Source: an uncultured Candidatus Babeliaceae bacterium (GTDB lineage Bacteria > Babelota > Babeliae > Babelales > Babelaceae). From it: a stretch of DNA of 64,000 nucleotides. Positions 1 through 9,574 of the stretch are shown piece by piece. The translations under genes were made by a program, and so were the position numbers. Position 1 is the stretch's first letter, and each line of letters starts with the position of its first letter. The stretch covers positions 160,001-224,000 of the forward strand of contig OY969927.1 of assembly GCA_963704655.1 (NCBI GenBank). The letters are read 5' to 3'. The notes under the pieces were generated by a model, which worked only from the letters and a program-made list of their open reading frames with translations, was not told the origin of the DNA and made no database searches.

Positions 1-2
1 CC

Positions 3-581
3 TTTTTATCATTATTGTCAGCCTTAACGTCTCAAGAAATTAACTATTCTCAATTGGGCCGTGAAATTGGGATATCGCCAAAGACTTCTCAGCGTTGGTT
101 GCAATTACTTACCTTTACGTATCAATGGTCGGAATTAAAACCTTTTCATATGAATGCTATAAAACGTCTATCGAATAAGCCAAAAGGTATTATTGCAGAC
201 TCTGGGTTGGCTTGTTATTTGCAGCGGATTTCTAGCCCTGAAGCATTAGCAGCAAGTCCACTTTTTGGTGCAATGTTTGAATCATACTGCTTTAATATGA
301 TCAAAGGTTTTTGTGGCGCGCTTCCGCTCATGCCAAATTTTTATCACTGGCGTACATTAGCCGGCGCAGAAGTGGATATTATTGTAGAATTTGATGGAAA
401 ATTTTACCCAATAGAAATCAAATCCGCTACCTCAATAAGTAAGCATGATGTTAAAGGTATTCAGGCTTTTAAAGAGACATACCCACATCTACCAATAGCA
501 AAAGGTATTGTCATATATTCAGGTGATATTTGTTATCGCGTCACAGAAGATATCATAGCAGTCCCTTGGGACATGCAATAA
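3..581 (+). CDS. AAA+ ATPase with DUF4143-type C-terminus (5' truncated by window)
   Basis: Frame open to the window edge; HTH-like 'YSQLGREIGISPKT', 'GAMFESY', 'YHWRT..GAEVDIIVE..YPIEIKS' typical of AAA_14/DUF4143 proteins. Confidence 0.85.
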   Translation, partial: FLSLLSALTSQEINYSQLGREIGISPKTSQRWLQLLTFTYQWSELKPFHMNAIKRLSNKPKGIIADSGLACYLQRISSPEALAASPLFGAMFESYCFNMIKGFCGALPLMPNFYHWRTLAGAEVDIIVEFDGKFYPIEIKSATSISKHDVKGIQAFKETYPHLPIAKGIVIYSGDICYRVTEDIIAVPWDMQ

Positions 582-586
582 ATTTA

Positions 587-1468
587 CTACTGAATTTTGT
601 GGCCGCCGAATAAATGGCGCATCAAGGCGATATAACGTGTGGCAAAACTAACTTTACCCTTTTGTGATTCAAGGCGCACATGTAAAGAATCTTTGATTAC
701 CGGAACAGGGATATTATTCTTTTCAGCATTTTCTATGGTCCAGCGTGCAGTGCCGCTTTCAGCTATAACACCAGAAGTATGTTCTAAATTTTTTTGCATC
801 AATGCGTATTCAGAGATAGCAAGAAGTTGTGATGAAATAATTGCGCCGTGGTTCCACGTGTGTGCAATTGCAGCCACATCAAGATCTTTATAATCACCAT
901 GTTTTAAGAGATTAAAGCCTTCTGCATATGCTTCAAGCAGGCCATATTCTATGCCATTGTGTACCATTTTAACATAGTGGCCTGCACCTGCAGTGCCAAC
1001 ATGCACAAAGCCGCTTTCTTGTGCAAGTGCTGAAAAAATTTCTTTACAGCGCTCAAATATATCTTTGTCGCCACCAATAGTTAAATTATAGCCAGCCTCT
1101 GCGCCAAGTATGCCGCCAGATGTTCCGCAATCAAGAAACTGAATATTGTTTTTTTTAAGTTGTTCGTAATGTTTTACGCTATCACTAAAATGGCTGTTGC
1201 CCGCGTCTATAATAATGGTATGTGCATGCGCATTTTTTTGTAAATTTTCAATAGCATCACTCACTGCTTTGCCGGCAGGCACAAGAATAATAATAGTATC
1301 AGCGTGCTTTGGCAGCTCTTGCAGTGGCACTGCTTTGCCGCCCAGCGCAGCAAATGCATTTTGCGATTCAGTATTTGAATCGTAACCATAGAGCGTATAA
1401 CCAGCATGCGCGAGCCGCACAGAAAATCCCAAGCCCATTTTGCCAAGACCAACAATGCCAATATTCAT
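587..1468 (-). CDS. gnd: 6-phosphogluconate dehydrogenase, short decarboxylating type
   Basis: GIVGLGKMG Rossmann motif, DAGNS, DCGTSGG, GAGHYVKMVHNGIEY; overlaps zwf stop. Confidence 0.93.
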   Translation of the reverse strand: MNIGIVGLGKMGLGFSVRLAHAGYTLYGYDSNTESQNAFAALGGKAVPLQELPKHADTIIILVPAGKAVSDAIENLQKNAHAHTIIIDAGNSHFSDSVKHYEQLKKNNIQFLDCGTSGGILGAEAGYNLTIGGDKDIFERCKEIFSALAQESGFVHVGTAGAGHYVKMVHNGIEYGLLEAYAEGFNLLKHGDYKDLDVAAIAHTWNHGAIISSQLLAISEYALMQKNLEHTSGVIAESGTARWTIENAEKNNIPVPVIKDSLHVRLESQKGKVSFATRYIALMRHLFGGHKIQ

Positions 1469-2907
1469 GGTTTATCCTTTATAGTAACCCCGCGTAATGC
1501 ATGCAGATATTCTGTTGCCTGCAGCGGGCCGGGACTGCCAATTTCATAAAATAAGAGATTTGGTGTGTGTTCTTGTATAACCGAGTCAACTATTTTCCAT
1601 GCCTGATCTATCTCTGCAAAGGGTACTGATATTGAGCCAACATTATTAATAAGATTTTCAAATATTACACGATACGCTTGCGGTGTATAGGGCCACATGC
1701 AGCTGTAACAGAAATTAAGATTTATCGGCATAATTGCATTATCAGCATCGGGCCTGTCCTGTGTAGTTTGCAAAGCCGGTAGGCCTGGATGCGCGTAAGA
1801 GGGTTTTTTAATATTCACAGAAAGGGCAAATTCACCACGTGGTGCAATTTTAATAATCAGTTCGTTATGAAATATTGGACAACCTGTTGAAAGTTTGCAT
1901 GTTGGCTGTTTAAACACAATTTTAATCTCTGTTGCCTGTTTATCAAGAGCTTTTCCCGCTTGAATAATAAAGGGCACTTTTTGCCAACGTGGCGTATCAA
2001 TTGTGCAGGTAATAAGTGCATAGGTTGGCGTGGTGCTGTGTGGTTGAACGCCGGCATGTGCAGCATACCCAAGATATTGCCCAAAAAGAGCATGCGTAAT
2101 AGTTGTCTTTTTTAGAATGGCAAGTTTTTCTGCATGTAAATACTGCCCTTCTAATGTAACGGGCGCTTCCATGGCAACCAGTGAAAGAAGTTGCAATGCA
2201 TGGCTCTGTATAACATCACGCACGACACCAAGCGTGTCATAAAGTCCCGCGCGTTGTTCAACAGTGACCGTTTCTTTTAATGTTATTACAACATATTCAA
2301 TATGATTACTGTTCCAGAGTGGTTCAAAAAATTCGTTAGTAAAACGTAAGTAGGCAACCGTTTCAACCAGCTCTTTTGCTAAATAATGGTCCGCACGGAT
2401 AATTTGGTTATCGGGTAATAATTTTTTTAATTCGTCATTAAGCTGTTCTGCTGTTTGTGCATTTGTGCCGAATGGTTTTTCAAAAACTATTTTATGTTCA
2501 GTTTTATGTTCGATAATCTTATGTTCTATACAGTTGCTTGCAACTGTTTGGAATAGTTGTGGTGGGCAGGCACAGTAAATAATTCGGTTGCTGTTTTTGT
2601 TATTTTCAACTTTATTAATAATTTCTGCAAGAGCAGCATAGCTTTTAGCATCTGTTATATCAGCAGTAAGAAAGTGCCATTTTTGTATAAAAAGATCCCA
2701 TTTTTTTTGATCAAACTGCTTTAAAAATGGGCGCACTTTTTGTAAAATCTCTAAAATACTTAAGCTGTTGTGAGCTATGCCGATACAAGAAAAATTCACA
2801 TTTTGTTGCTCGGTAAAAAGTTCATAAAGTGCCGGAATAAGGTTTTTTGTTGCCAAATCCCCCGTTACACCAATAATAATTATTATAGAATTATTTAGTT
2901 GTTGCAT
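1465..2907 (-). CDS. zwf: Glucose-6-phosphate 1-dehydrogenase
   Basis: GVTGDLA, EKPFG, RADHYLAKE, DVIQSH, RWQKVPFII motifs. Confidence 0.93.
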   Translation of the reverse strand: MQQLNNSIIIIIGVTGDLATKNLIPALYELFTEQQNVNFSCIGIAHNSLSILEILQKVRPFLKQFDQKKWDLFIQKWHFLTADITDAKSYAALAEIINKVENNKNSNRIIYCACPPQLFQTVASNCIEHKIIEHKTEHKIVFEKPFGTNAQTAEQLNDELKKLLPDNQIIRADHYLAKELVETVAYLRFTNEFFEPLWNSNHIEYVVITLKETVTVEQRAGLYDTLGVVRDVIQSHALQLLSLVAMEAPVTLEGQYLHAEKLAILKKTTITHALFGQYLGYAAHAGVQPHSTTPTYALITCTIDTPRWQKVPFIIQAGKALDKQATEIKIVFKQPTCKLSTGCPIFHNELIIKIAPRGEFALSVNIKKPSYAHPGLPALQTTQDRPDADNAIMPINLNFCYSCMWPYTPQAYRVIFENLINNVGSISVPFAEIDQAWKIVDSVIQEHTPNLLFYEIGSPGPLQATEYLHALRGVTIKDKP

Positions 2908-2979
2908 AGCATCACCATAGTTTTTTGTTTAAGCTTAAGGATAAGCATGAGCTAAACACAAGAGATAGGTAAAAAGAGT

Positions 2980-3885
2980 ATGGAACAGGATACCAAGAAA
3001 AATTATCCAGAGATTCTTATTATAACCGGCCATTCTGGCGCAGGTAAAAGCACGGTGCTTTCAGCATGTGAAGATTACGGTTTTTTCTGCATCGATAATC
3101 TCCCCTATGAACTTTTGGCGCCTTTCTTTTATGGGATTACCCATTCCAGTATGCAGCATAAAAAGATCGCGTTGGGAATCGATGTCAGAAGTGGTTTAAA
3201 TTTAGATCAGTTTGCGCAAGAGTTGTTACGGTGGCAACAAATCTGCGGCAGCAATATGCGCATTATTTTTTTAACGGCGCATGAAGACACACTTGTCCGC
3301 CGCTTTCAAGAAACGCGCAGAAAACATCCATTAGGTGATAATAAAACATTACTTGAAGCGATACATCAAGAGCATTATATTCTTGCGCCGCTAAAAAAAA
3401 TCGCAAACGAAACGATAGAGACAGATAATTTAACGATTGCCCAATTGCGTCTGCTGGTGAAAAATAGTAACCATGGCAGTCAGCAGCAAAAAATAATCGT
3501 TACGCTTACGTCATTTGGTTTTAAATATGGCACACCACGTGACTGTAATTTTTTATATGATCTACGTTCGCTGCCAAACCCCTATTTTGTGCCGCACTTA
3601 AAAGAGCTTGATGGGCGGTCTGAACGTATTCAAGAATATCTTTTTGCCCAACCGAGTGTTCAAGAGTATTGGAAAAAGCTTGAAGATTTTTTTATCTTCT
3701 CGTTAGAGCGTTCATACCAAGAGGGCAGATTTTTTATGCATGTCGGCTTTGGGTGCACGGGCGGAAAACATCGGTCAGTTGCGTTTGTTGAGCGTTGCTC
3801 CAGGCTAAATCTTGAACATGTGCAGTTTTTTGTTCATCATAAAGATATCGCCGTAACCCAAGCACATGAGCAAGTAGGCGCTTGA
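2980..3885 (+). CDS. rapZ: RNase adapter RapZ (P-loop protein)
   Basis: TGHSGAGKS, IDNLP, ETRRKHPL, SFGFKYG, LPNPY, GCTGGKHRSV. Confidence 0.93.
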   Translation: MEQDTKKNYPEILIITGHSGAGKSTVLSACEDYGFFCIDNLPYELLAPFFYGITHSSMQHKKIALGIDVRSGLNLDQFAQELLRWQQICGSNMRIIFLTAHEDTLVRRFQETRRKHPLGDNKTLLEAIHQEHYILAPLKKIANETIETDNLTIAQLRLLVKNSNHGSQQQKIIVTLTSFGFKYGTPRDCNFLYDLRSLPNPYFVPHLKELDGRSERIQEYLFAQPSVQEYWKKLEDFFIFSLERSYQEGRFFMHVGFGCTGGKHRSVAFVERCSRLNLEHVQFFVHHKDIAVTQAHEQVGA

Positions 3886-3900
3886 TCGCGAAAGGGATCT

Positions 3901-4185
3901 ATGAAAAATTCAGTTTTTGTAATGCTGGTAAGCAGCGCATTAGTTGTTGAGCTTATTTTCTTTACATATTTTTATTTTGTTGGTGATCACGGTTACAAAA
4001 AAATAAAAGAGCTGCAGGAGCTGCAAGAGAATATTCAAGTATCGGTTACTGATATGCAAAGGCAGGTTAACGAACTTGAAAAGAAATTATACGATTTTAA
4101 AACGTATCCTTATTATAAAGAAAAAATAATTCGCGAGCAGTTACAAATGATGCGCGATAATGAGGTTATTTATAAATTACCCTAA
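3901..4185 (+). CDS. Septum formation initiator (FtsB/DivIC family)
   Basis: Single TM, 'GDHG', coiled coil, 'EKIIREQLQM...E.IY' ending. Confidence 0.75.
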   Translation: MKNSVFVMLVSSALVVELIFFTYFYFVGDHGYKKIKELQELQENIQVSVTDMQRQVNELEKKLYDFKTYPYYKEKIIREQLQMMRDNEVIYKLP

Positions 4186-4203
4186 TATGTGAAAGAGTAT
4201 ATT

Positions 4204-4809
4204 ATGTTTAAATTACCTGAGCTCCCCTACGCATATGACGCGCTTGAGCCGTATATCGATGCGCGGACAATGGAGATACATTACACAAAGCATCACCAGG
4301 GCTATGTTGATAACCTTAATGCGGCATTAAAAGATTTTCCTGAATTACAATCAAAATCGTTAACCGATTTACTTTCAGATCTTAATGCGCTTCCAGAAAA
4401 AATCAGAACCGCTGTTCGTAATCATGGCGGCGGCGATTATAACCATACACTCTTTTGGCAGCTTATGACCAAGAACGCCTTACCGGGTCCAATTGAAAAA
4501 AGTGAACAGGCAATTATAAAAACATTTGGCAGTTTTGCAGAGTTTCAAAAACAATTTAATGATGCTGCAAAATCACGCTTTGGCAGCGGCTGGGCGTGGC
4601 TTGTGGTTAATAAGCAGGGCAACCTTGAAATTATTTCTACCGCTAACCAAGATTGCCCAATTTCACTTGGCCAAGAACCAATTTTGGGTTTAGATGTGTG
4701 GGAACATGCCTATTATCTTAAATATCAAAACAAACGTGTTGATTATATCCAAGCCTGGTGGCACGTAGTGAATTGGAAACAAGTAGAAGAAAATTTTAGA
4801 AAAATTTAA
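4204..4809 (+). CDS. sodA: Superoxide dismutase (Mn/Fe)
   Basis: [43 protein letters not shown] at 4204 preferred over GTG at 4189. Confidence 0.95.
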   Translation: MFKLPELPYAYDALEPYIDARTMEIHYTKHHQGYVDNLNAALKDFPELQSKSLTDLLSDLNALPEKIRTAVRNHGGGDYNHTLFWQLMTKNALPGPIEKSEQAIIKTFGSFAEFQKQFNDAAKSRFGSGWAWLVVNKQGNLEIISTANQDCPISLGQEPILGLDVWEHAYYLKYQNKRVDYIQAWWHVVNWKQVEENFRKI

Positions 4810-4816
4810 TTTTTTT

Positions 4817-4840
4817 TAGGGCTTGTGTGTGCAAGCCCTA
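4817..4840. terminator. Hairpin between convergent sodA and sppA
   Basis: tagggcttg...caagcccta inverted repeat. Confidence 0.6.
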
Positions 4841-4847
4841 GCTATAG

Positions 4848-5768
4848 TTACATGCGTGCAATAGATTGCTGATTCATCCAGCTACTAAACATATTTTGAA
4901 ACAGAGAAGAGAGCGACATGTCATCATTCGATTCGCCGCTGTCATCAGGCGACAGAAACTTCATGAGCATATTTTTCTGTTCAGCTTTAACCCACTGTAT
5001 CTCTTGGCTACTTGGAATATGCGCACGTTCACGAATCTTTTCTTCAACATGCGATAGTGAACCGATCTGGTCAATAAGTTTGAGCTCGAGCGCCTGTTTA
5101 CCGGTAAATATTATACCATTTGCCCATGTGTCAGCATCTTTTAATGCTAATGCCGGGCGTGATCTTGATACATCTTCAATAAATTGCTGGTAACTGTCAT
5201 TACAGAAATTTTGTAAGAGCTCCTGCTCACCTTCAGTAGGGCTCAGCAATGGGTTTAAAATTGCTTTGTATTTGCCCGTTTTAGTAACTTGGTATTCGAC
5301 TTTATACTGGTTAATAAACTCTTTTAAGCGGGGTAGCGCTATATATACACCAATGCTACCAATAAGTGACGAGCCTGAAGCTACAATCCAGTCACATGGG
5401 CATGCGATATAGTAGGCACCAGATGCACACATGTTCTCTACAAAGACAACCACCGGCTTGTGAGGATATTGTTGTTTAAGATAGTTTAATTCGTTATAGA
5501 TAGCTTGGGATGTCCCTGCAGCGCCGCCACCGCAGTCTATACGTAATAGAATTGCTTTTATAGCAGGGTCTTTAAAGAATTTTTTAAGGTTCTTAACGTA
5601 TTCGCCTGAATTGGTTAGAGTTTGCGTAATCGACATAATGCCGACTTTTGTGCTGGGTGTAATAAGGGCAGTATATTGCTTGGTTAAAACAAGGATAATT
5701 TGGGGGGTAACAAGAAGGAACATAAGCAGGTAAAAGCTGTTTTTTAAGAAATCTGTTAAGCGCGACAT
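4848..5768 (-). CDS. sppA: Signal peptide peptidase SppA (S49)
   Basis: AILLRIDCGGG, CASGAYYIA, IGSIGV, GKYK, FTGKQALELKLID. Confidence 0.92.
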   Translation of the reverse strand: MSRLTDFLKNSFYLLMFLLVTPQIILVLTKQYTALITPSTKVGIMSITQTLTNSGEYVKNLKKFFKDPAIKAILLRIDCGGGAAGTSQAIYNELNYLKQQYPHKPVVVFVENMCASGAYYIACPCDWIVASGSSLIGSIGVYIALPRLKEFINQYKVEYQVTKTGKYKAILNPLLSPTEGEQELLQNFCNDSYQQFIEDVSRSRPALALKDADTWANGIIFTGKQALELKLIDQIGSLSHVEEKIRERAHIPSSQEIQWVKAEQKNMLMKFLSPDDSGESNDDMSLSSLFQNMFSSWMNQQSIARM

Positions 5769-5811
5769 AGTGGTCCTTTTTTATGATATAAGTTGCAGAT
5801 CATGCCTAGCC

Positions 5812-5849
5812 CCCGCTCACCCTGAGCGAAGTCGAAGGGTCAAATACAT
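5812..5849 (+). repeat. REP-like palindromic element, family A
   Basis: cccgctcaccctgagcgaagtcgaagggtcaaatacat; exact reverse complement at 32735-32772. Confidence 0.9.
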
Positions 5850-5982
5850 AGCATGGGTTACAATATTAGTTGCAGATCATGCACGTTAGTATATACTTTC
5901 ATTAAATAAGTATATATTTTTTTGACATTTTTATCAGAATACTTACACTATAGCATAAGTTGAAATTTACTTACAGTACGTA

Positions 5983-6058
5983 GGGCGGTTAGCTCAGCTG
6001 GCAGAGCATCAGTCTTACAAACTGGGGGTCGCAGGTTCGAATCCTGCACCGCCCACCA
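5983..6058 (+). tRNA. tRNA-Val(TAC)
   Basis: gggcggt/accgccc acceptor stem, anticodon loop cttacaa, gttcgaatc T-loop, encoded CCA. Confidence 0.97.
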
Positions 6059-6059
6059 T

Positions 6060-6192
6060 CTTACGTTTATCCGGGCGTACCCGCTCGGCAAACTACAGAT
6101 GGCAGGCCCTTCGAAGCACCAATGTGCGAAGTAGGGCAGGCCAGTCTTTCTTTCGTCTCGCTCATCCTGAGCTTGTCGAAGGGTTAGCGGGT
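6060..6192 (+). repeat. Cluster of REP-like elements (families C and A) after tRNA-Val
   Basis: 6060-6109 matches the zwf insert; 6157-6192 is identical to 63155-63190. Confidence 0.85.
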
Positions 6193-6260
6193 CTAAGTAG
6201 TCTTCATATTTTGGTAGGCTACCTTACGTACAAGAATTTACTTAATTGAAATATAGGTAT

Positions 6261-6336
6261 TCCTCGGTAGCTCAGTCGGTAGAGCAAACGACTGTTAATC
6301 GTTAGGTCGTTGGTTCGAGTCCAACCCGAGGAGCCA
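6261..6336 (+). tRNA. tRNA-Asn(GTT)
   Basis: tcctcgg/ccgagga stem, loop ctgttaa, gttcgagtc, CCA. Confidence 0.97.
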
Positions 6337-6347
6337 TCTTTCTTCAA

Positions 6348-6375
6348 CCCGCTCACCCTGAGCGAAGTCGAAGGG
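6348..6375 (+). repeat. REP-like element, family A
   Basis: cccgctcaccctgagcgaagtcgaaggg. Confidence 0.9.
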
Positions 6376-6532
6376 CGATGGCATGGCCATCTTCACATTA
6401 TTTGCTGAATAGCAAACAGGTTAAGATGATGAAAAAATTACATGTTCATTTTGTAATTTACCTGAAAATGCTGTAAAATAAATACTATATTGACTTAGTG
6501 CGCTTGTCGCACTTATTTTTCCCCTCATTTAC

Positions 6533-6609
6533 GGGGGTGTAGCTCAGTTGGTTAGAGCGTCCGCCTGTCACGCGGAAGGTCGTGGGTTCGAGTCCCATCA
6601 CTCCCGCCA
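6533..6609 (+). tRNA. tRNA-Asp(GTC)
   Basis: gggggtg/cactccc stem, loop ctgtcac, gttcgagtc, CCA. Confidence 0.97.
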
Positions 6610-6639
6610 TCTTTTTGCTCGCAAAAAAATGTGCGCTAT

Positions 6640-6700
6640 CTCGCTCATCCTGCTTGTCCGTCATAGCTCGTAAGAGCGGCGGCTGGAAGCATAGTCGAAG
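6640..6700 (+). repeat. Nested REP (family C inside family A)
   Basis: ctcgctcatcctg[cttgtccgtcatagctcgtaagagcggcggctgga]agcatagtcgaag. Confidence 0.7.
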
Positions 6701-6730
6701 AACGTCTGTCTGTCGTTCACTAGGAAAATA

Positions 6731-7525
6731 ATGAAACTAATAAGATTATTTTGGTTAATTCTGTTTATTTCTGAAGCACATCCCGTTTCACTTAGTAATG
6801 TTAAAAAAGATGCTATTATAGCTGCAACAGTAGTTAGTTTGGAAATACCCGTTGTCCTTGCATATCTCAATGCGTCCCAGATGCGCACGAGCTTTTTGAC
6901 AGAAATTCAAGATTCACGTTATTGGATCGGTGGTCTAACAGTTGGGGCACTGTTGGGTGGTCTGATATATTATTTTGGTAAACGATATACACCACAAAGT
7001 AGATATGAATGGGCCTTAAGGGTAAAAGAAGAGTTAGAATTTGATGGATTGCTGCAGGCAGTAAAATTAAGTAGTGGTCACATGAAAGAAATGTTAGCTG
7101 CAAGATTTGATCGACTACCATTCATGAGCACTGTTAGTTTTTTTTATCAGCGGCATAATATTTTGCAAAAAGCGCATCAAGATATGTTTGATTTGATTCA
7201 AGAATTAGACGATGGTGATGCCCTTAAGCAGAAATGTAGTGTATTGTTGACTGAACTACAAGAAATGATAGAAATGGTAAAAGAGCACGCAGAGATTATC
7301 GCATGTAGTCCAGAGTGGTACAATGAATTCAGTCCAATAGAGGAGTCAGGGTACCCCATTTCTATACTCAAAATACCAACTGATAAAATTAATTCCACCA
7401 AATGGGTCGTCGAGTTAACTGGTGGTGAGCTTACAGTAGATATTTTTAATAAACCAAAACACATAGTTTTTGGCAAGAATTTTGGCCGCTTGCTTGCTCT
7501 GCAAAGGTCATGCATACAAAAGTAG
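6731..7525 (+). CDS. Hypothetical exported/membrane protein
   Basis: 264 aa, RBS aggaaa, signal-like N-terminus and two hydrophobic segments. Confidence 0.75.
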   Translation: MKLIRLFWLILFISEAHPVSLSNVKKDAIIAATVVSLEIPVVLAYLNASQMRTSFLTEIQDSRYWIGGLTVGALLGGLIYYFGKRYTPQSRYEWALRVKEELEFDGLLQAVKLSSGHMKEMLAARFDRLPFMSTVSFFYQRHNILQKAHQDMFDLIQELDDGDALKQKCSVLLTELQEMIEMVKEHAEIIACSPEWYNEFSPIEESGYPISILKIPTDKINSTKWVVELTGGELTVDIFNKPKHIVFGKNFGRLLALQRSCIQK

Positions 7526-7787
7526 CTAGTATATTACAGCATAATATAGAAGTAATCATGAAAATATTTTTAAAATTACTTATCCTGTATTTTGTATTTC
7601 CTTTAAAAGTCATAAAACCTATAAGTGAAATCATAAAGAAATAAACGAAGTTTTTAATAAAAAGACAAATTGAGATAGAGATAAATACTCTCTTGGTGCT
7701 GATGAAATTTTAATTTATTGACAATTATTTCTTTAATTTTTTATTGTGAGTGTGCCCATACAAATTAGGTGCGTTGGGGGAGGACTC

Positions 7788-8810
7788 ATGAAAAATAAAT
7801 TAACTCGTCTTGTGCCTCTTGTGTTTTGTTTAGCTACTACATTGCATGGAAATAAACTCAGGCCTGAAAATCAGATAGACGTTAATCCTTATCTTTCATT
7901 AAATATTGATCTGCTTTGTTTTCTTCCCAAAGAAAAAAGTATTGTTCTGACAAATTACATGACCAATTTGTTTACCACGGCAAATGTGACGCTGCAGCCA
8001 AATGTTAATCCTCATTTTAGATGGGACGTTGGGTATCGCATCGGTTTTGGGTACATGTTTGCAGATGATAAGTGGGATATGGCTTTAAATTTGCTGAATT
8101 TTAATACGCATTTACAACAATGTAGAAGCACGCAAGGGAATATTGGTTTAGGAATGTTTCCTATCTGGTCTTTAGCTGATGATATTATTCCTTTTGATTG
8201 GGTAGCTCAAGCAAAAATGTATTGGAAGCTCAATTTAAATCTTTTGGATCTGGATTTTGGGCGAGATTTTTCTTGGCATAATCGGTGGTTTTTACGCCCG
8301 ATTATCGGGCTTCGTTCTGCATGGATTAATCAACATTTGGATGTTGATTATGGCGGAGGAATATTTGCCAATGGTCTTAATTTGTCTGACTTGGATAGCA
8401 CCTTTGGCTATGATTCAATTTACATGAAAAATAATTTTTGGGGGATTGGTCCGCGGTTAGGAATAGAGCCTCAGGTCAATTTGGGGTGCGGATGGAGCCT
8501 TTATGCATCAGCATGCGGCACGTTAACGTATGGTCTTTTTAAAGTTTGCCAAGTTGAAACCTATTTAAAATCTTTACGCTATCTAAGAAATTGCAGCCCG
8601 CATGGGTTTCGCTGGATGATTGATGCAATGGGCGGAATTTCATGGAAGACCTTTTTGAGAGATCGTTATGCACTTACTTGTGCGCTTGGATGGGAATATC
8701 ATATTTTCTTTGATCAAGTTGCACTTAAAGCAGATAACTTTTGTATGGTAAGCAGTAATCGAAACCTCTCTTTAAATGGTTTAGCATTTTCTGCTTGCTT
8801 AGATTTTTAG
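7788..8810 (+). CDS. Outer-membrane porin, Legionella MOMP/Lpg1974-like
   Basis: Signal peptide, 'FRWDVGYRIGFGY', 'LDLDFGR', 'FWGIGPRLG', 'LGWEY', C-terminal Phe; GGAGGA RBS before ATG 7788. Confidence 0.8.
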   Translation: MKNKLTRLVPLVFCLATTLHGNKLRPENQIDVNPYLSLNIDLLCFLPKEKSIVLTNYMTNLFTTANVTLQPNVNPHFRWDVGYRIGFGYMFADDKWDMALNLLNFNTHLQQCRSTQGNIGLGMFPIWSLADDIIPFDWVAQAKMYWKLNLNLLDLDFGRDFSWHNRWFLRPIIGLRSAWINQHLDVDYGGGIFANGLNLSDLDSTFGYDSIYMKNNFWGIGPRLGIEPQVNLGCGWSLYASACGTLTYGLFKVCQVETYLKSLRYLRNCSPHGFRWMIDAMGGISWKTFLRDRYALTCALGWEYHIFFDQVALKADNFCMVSSNRNLSLNGLAFSACLDF

Positions 8811-8820
8811 GGGGGAAATA

Positions 8821-9546
8821 ATGAAGAAACTTTTTTTACAGTTGTTTATATTTTACATCATAGTTGTACCTATTTTTCTTCATGCGCTTCCGGCACAAGT
8901 AGTTATCATCCGTCATGGAGAAAAAGATCCGATAACCCGTGGCTTAACCCAAGAGGGGCAAGAACGGGCTGCGGCACTTGCTTATTACTTAACGCAAACG
9001 GATTACCTTCTTAATTTTGGGCTGCCGTTTGCACTTTTTGCTTCACGATCTATTCCGATATCAGATCGTCTTGTTCCGCGTACCATAGAGACCTTAATGC
9101 CGACAGCAAATTTTCTTCAATTGCCTATACATTCTCCCTTTAATGGGTATCAGGTTAATGAGATTGCGAATTTCATTTTCAATAATAATGCATATAATGG
9201 CAAAAATATTGTGATTTGCTGGAACCATAGTTCAATACATGATTTGCTTAATGCTTTTGGATATCAAGCACCATTTGCATGTTCTGTTATTAATAAAAAG
9301 TATCCAGATTGTCGATTTGATCTTGCGTTTGTGCTTGCTTTTCCCGCTCCAGAACCGGTGGGTGGTCAACTTCCTTATGCAACGGTTTTTTTGCAGCAGT
9401 TGATTTTTGGCGACCTTACGTGTCAAACTTCTTGCAATCCACCTAATCTTCCGCCGACACCATGTTTTTTTAATTCACCAAGTTCTCCTCTTGCTGAGCT
9501 GATTTGCACTACGACTTGCGCCAGTGTTGGTTTGGGTGACGATTAA
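8821..9546 (+). CDS. Exported histidine phosphatase-superfamily protein
   Basis: IIRHGEK, 'GLTQEGQERA', 'RTIET..P', 'ICWNH'; Cys/Pro-rich tail. Confidence 0.8.
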   Translation: MKKLFLQLFIFYIIVVPIFLHALPAQVVIIRHGEKDPITRGLTQEGQERAAALAYYLTQTDYLLNFGLPFALFASRSIPISDRLVPRTIETLMPTANFLQLPIHSPFNGYQVNEIANFIFNNNAYNGKNIVICWNHSSIHDLLNAFGYQAPFACSVINKKYPDCRFDLAFVLAFPAPEPVGGQLPYATVFLQQLIFGDLTCQTSCNPPNLPPTPCFFNSPSSPLAELICTTTCASVGLGDD

Positions 9547-9574
9547 CATTATACGGAATTAGGAATTAATGGCG

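Noticed and set aside
5812-6700. Clustered repeats as a CRISPR array
   Set aside because: Irregular spacing, tRNAs in between, dispersed copies elsewhere, no cas genes
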